Shown here one piece after another: positions 63,143-64,000 of a stretch of 64,000 nucleotides of DNA. Location of the stretch: positions 288,001 to 352,000 of the forward strand of contig OY969767.1 of the NCBI GenBank assembly GCA_963702895.1, written 5' to 3'. The stretch is from an uncultured Elusimicrobia bacterium (lineage in GTDB: Bacteria > Elusimicrobiota > Elusimicrobia > 2-01-FULL-59-12). Each line of letters begins with the position of its first letter. The first letter of the stretch is position 1. The notes beneath the pieces are model-generated. The model did no database searches, was not told where the DNA came from, and was given only the letters and a program-made list of their open reading frames with translations. A program made the position numbers and the translations under genes.

Positions 63143-64000
63143 ATGACTCAGAAATCGTCTGCCAAGGCGATCGTCGTCAGGCCGCGCGCTCTGCCACAGA
63201 ATAAGATCGTCTCCAGCCTTTTCAAAGACGTCAGCGCTCTCATCGAATCCGCCAGACAACAGGTGGCGGCTGCCGTCAACGCCAGCCTTGTGTTGCGGAA
63301 CTGGCATATTGGCCAAAGAGTTCGCCGGGATATTCTCGGGCTTGAACGCGCAGAATACGGGAAGCGGATTGTCTCGACGCTGTCCAGACAATTAACCCTG
63401 AGGTGCGGTCCCGGCTACTCCAGGGCGAATCTCTTCCATATGATCCACATGGTCGAGATGTTCCCGGATTCTGAAATTGTCTCGACACTGTCTAGACAAT
63501 TAGGCTGGTCCCATTTTCTCGAGATTCTCTATCTGAACGATCCCCTCCAGCGTGATTTCTATGCTGAGTTGTGTCGCGTCGAGCAATGGAGCGTGCGGAC
63601 TCTTCGCCATAAGATCAGAGGGATGCTGTTTGAGCGCACAGGCCTTTCGAAAAGACCGGCCGATGTCGCCAAAGGAGAGCTCATGAAGCTGCGCGAGAGT
63701 GACAAGTTGACTCCCGATCTTGTTTTCAGAGATCCCTACTTTCTGGATTTTCTCGATCTCCGGGGCGCTTACAGTGAAAAGGATCTGGAGGGGGCTATTC
63801 TTCGGGAACTGGAGCGCTTCCTTGTCGAACTGGGCACAGACTTCACCTTTGTGGCGAGACAGAAGCGCATGCGCCTCGGCAACAAAGATTATCACCTCGA
63901 TCTGCTGTTCTTCCATCGCCGCCTGCGGGCTTTGGTGGCGATCGAGCTCAAACTAGATCGTTTCGAGCCGGCAGATATGGGGCAGATGGAATTTTATTTG
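63143..64000 (+). CDS. YhcG/DUF1016 PD-(D/E)XK nuclease family protein (partial, runs off window end)
   Basis: Manual translation: IESARQQ..AVN..L..W.IG, RAEYG, LGWSHF, WSVRTL, DPYFLDFL, DLLFFHRRLR.LVAIELK, GQMEFYL. Confidence 0.92.
   Translation, partial: MTQKSSAKAIVVRPRALPQNKIVSSLFKDVSALIESARQQVAAAVNASLVLRNWHIGQRVRRDILGLERAEYGKRIVSTLSRQLTLRCGPGYSRANLFHMIHMVEMFPDSEIVSTLSRQLGWSHFLEILYLNDPLQRDFYAELCRVEQWSVRTLRHKIRGMLFERTGLSKRPADVAKGELMKLRESDKLTPDLVFRDPYFLDFLDLRGAYSEKDLEGAILRELERFLVELGTDFTFVARQKRMRLGNKDYHLDLLFFHRRLRALVAIELKLDRFEPADMGQMEFYL

Noticed and set aside
63368..63502. 27-bp direct repeat (IVSTLSRQL twice)
   Set aside because: In-frame internal repeat of the kind commonly seen in DUF1016 N-terminal domains, not a target-site duplication.

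Overview
GC-rich bacterial chromosomal window. The giant multidomain envelope gene, FlgD-like Ig protein and Mrp-type hydrogenase suggest an uncultured Gram-negative lineage such as Elusimicrobiota or Omnitrophota, but that assignment is inference only. (1) 1-22.5 kb is a phosphate island with two non-identical pst operons (pstSCA.. and porin-pstSCAB-phoU) and phoB-phoR. Embedded in it are an alpha-oxoamine synthase and a 2766-aa protein that appears to fuse TolC-like, LysM, membrane-fusion-protein-like and HExxH membrane-peptidase-like modules. 11-bp-periodic PHO-box-like repeats precede pstS, phoB, the small ORF upstream of the porin, the synthase, the giant-gene unit and two sensor-less histidine kinases. 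(2) 22.5-47 kb holds signalling and housekeeping genes (PAS-PAS membrane protein with a decayed duplicate of its 3' end, HKs, HNH, def, hemB, hemD, suhB, FAD/Fe-S oxidoreductase, YhcG nuclease, msrB, radical SAM). It also holds a tRNA-Leu(UAA) nested inside the two halves of a second, insertion-riddled tRNA-like sequence. (3) 47.3-59.8 kb is a 17-gene membrane-bound group 4 [NiFe]-hydrogenase/Mrp operon led by an AsrAB/HydBG-like NAD(P)H module. (4) 60-64 kb has SOUL, nitroreductase, ACT, small proteins and a second YhcG. Several families of short palindromic elements are scattered throughout, some nested and some translated inside genes. All calls come from reading the sequence by eye; no searches were run.
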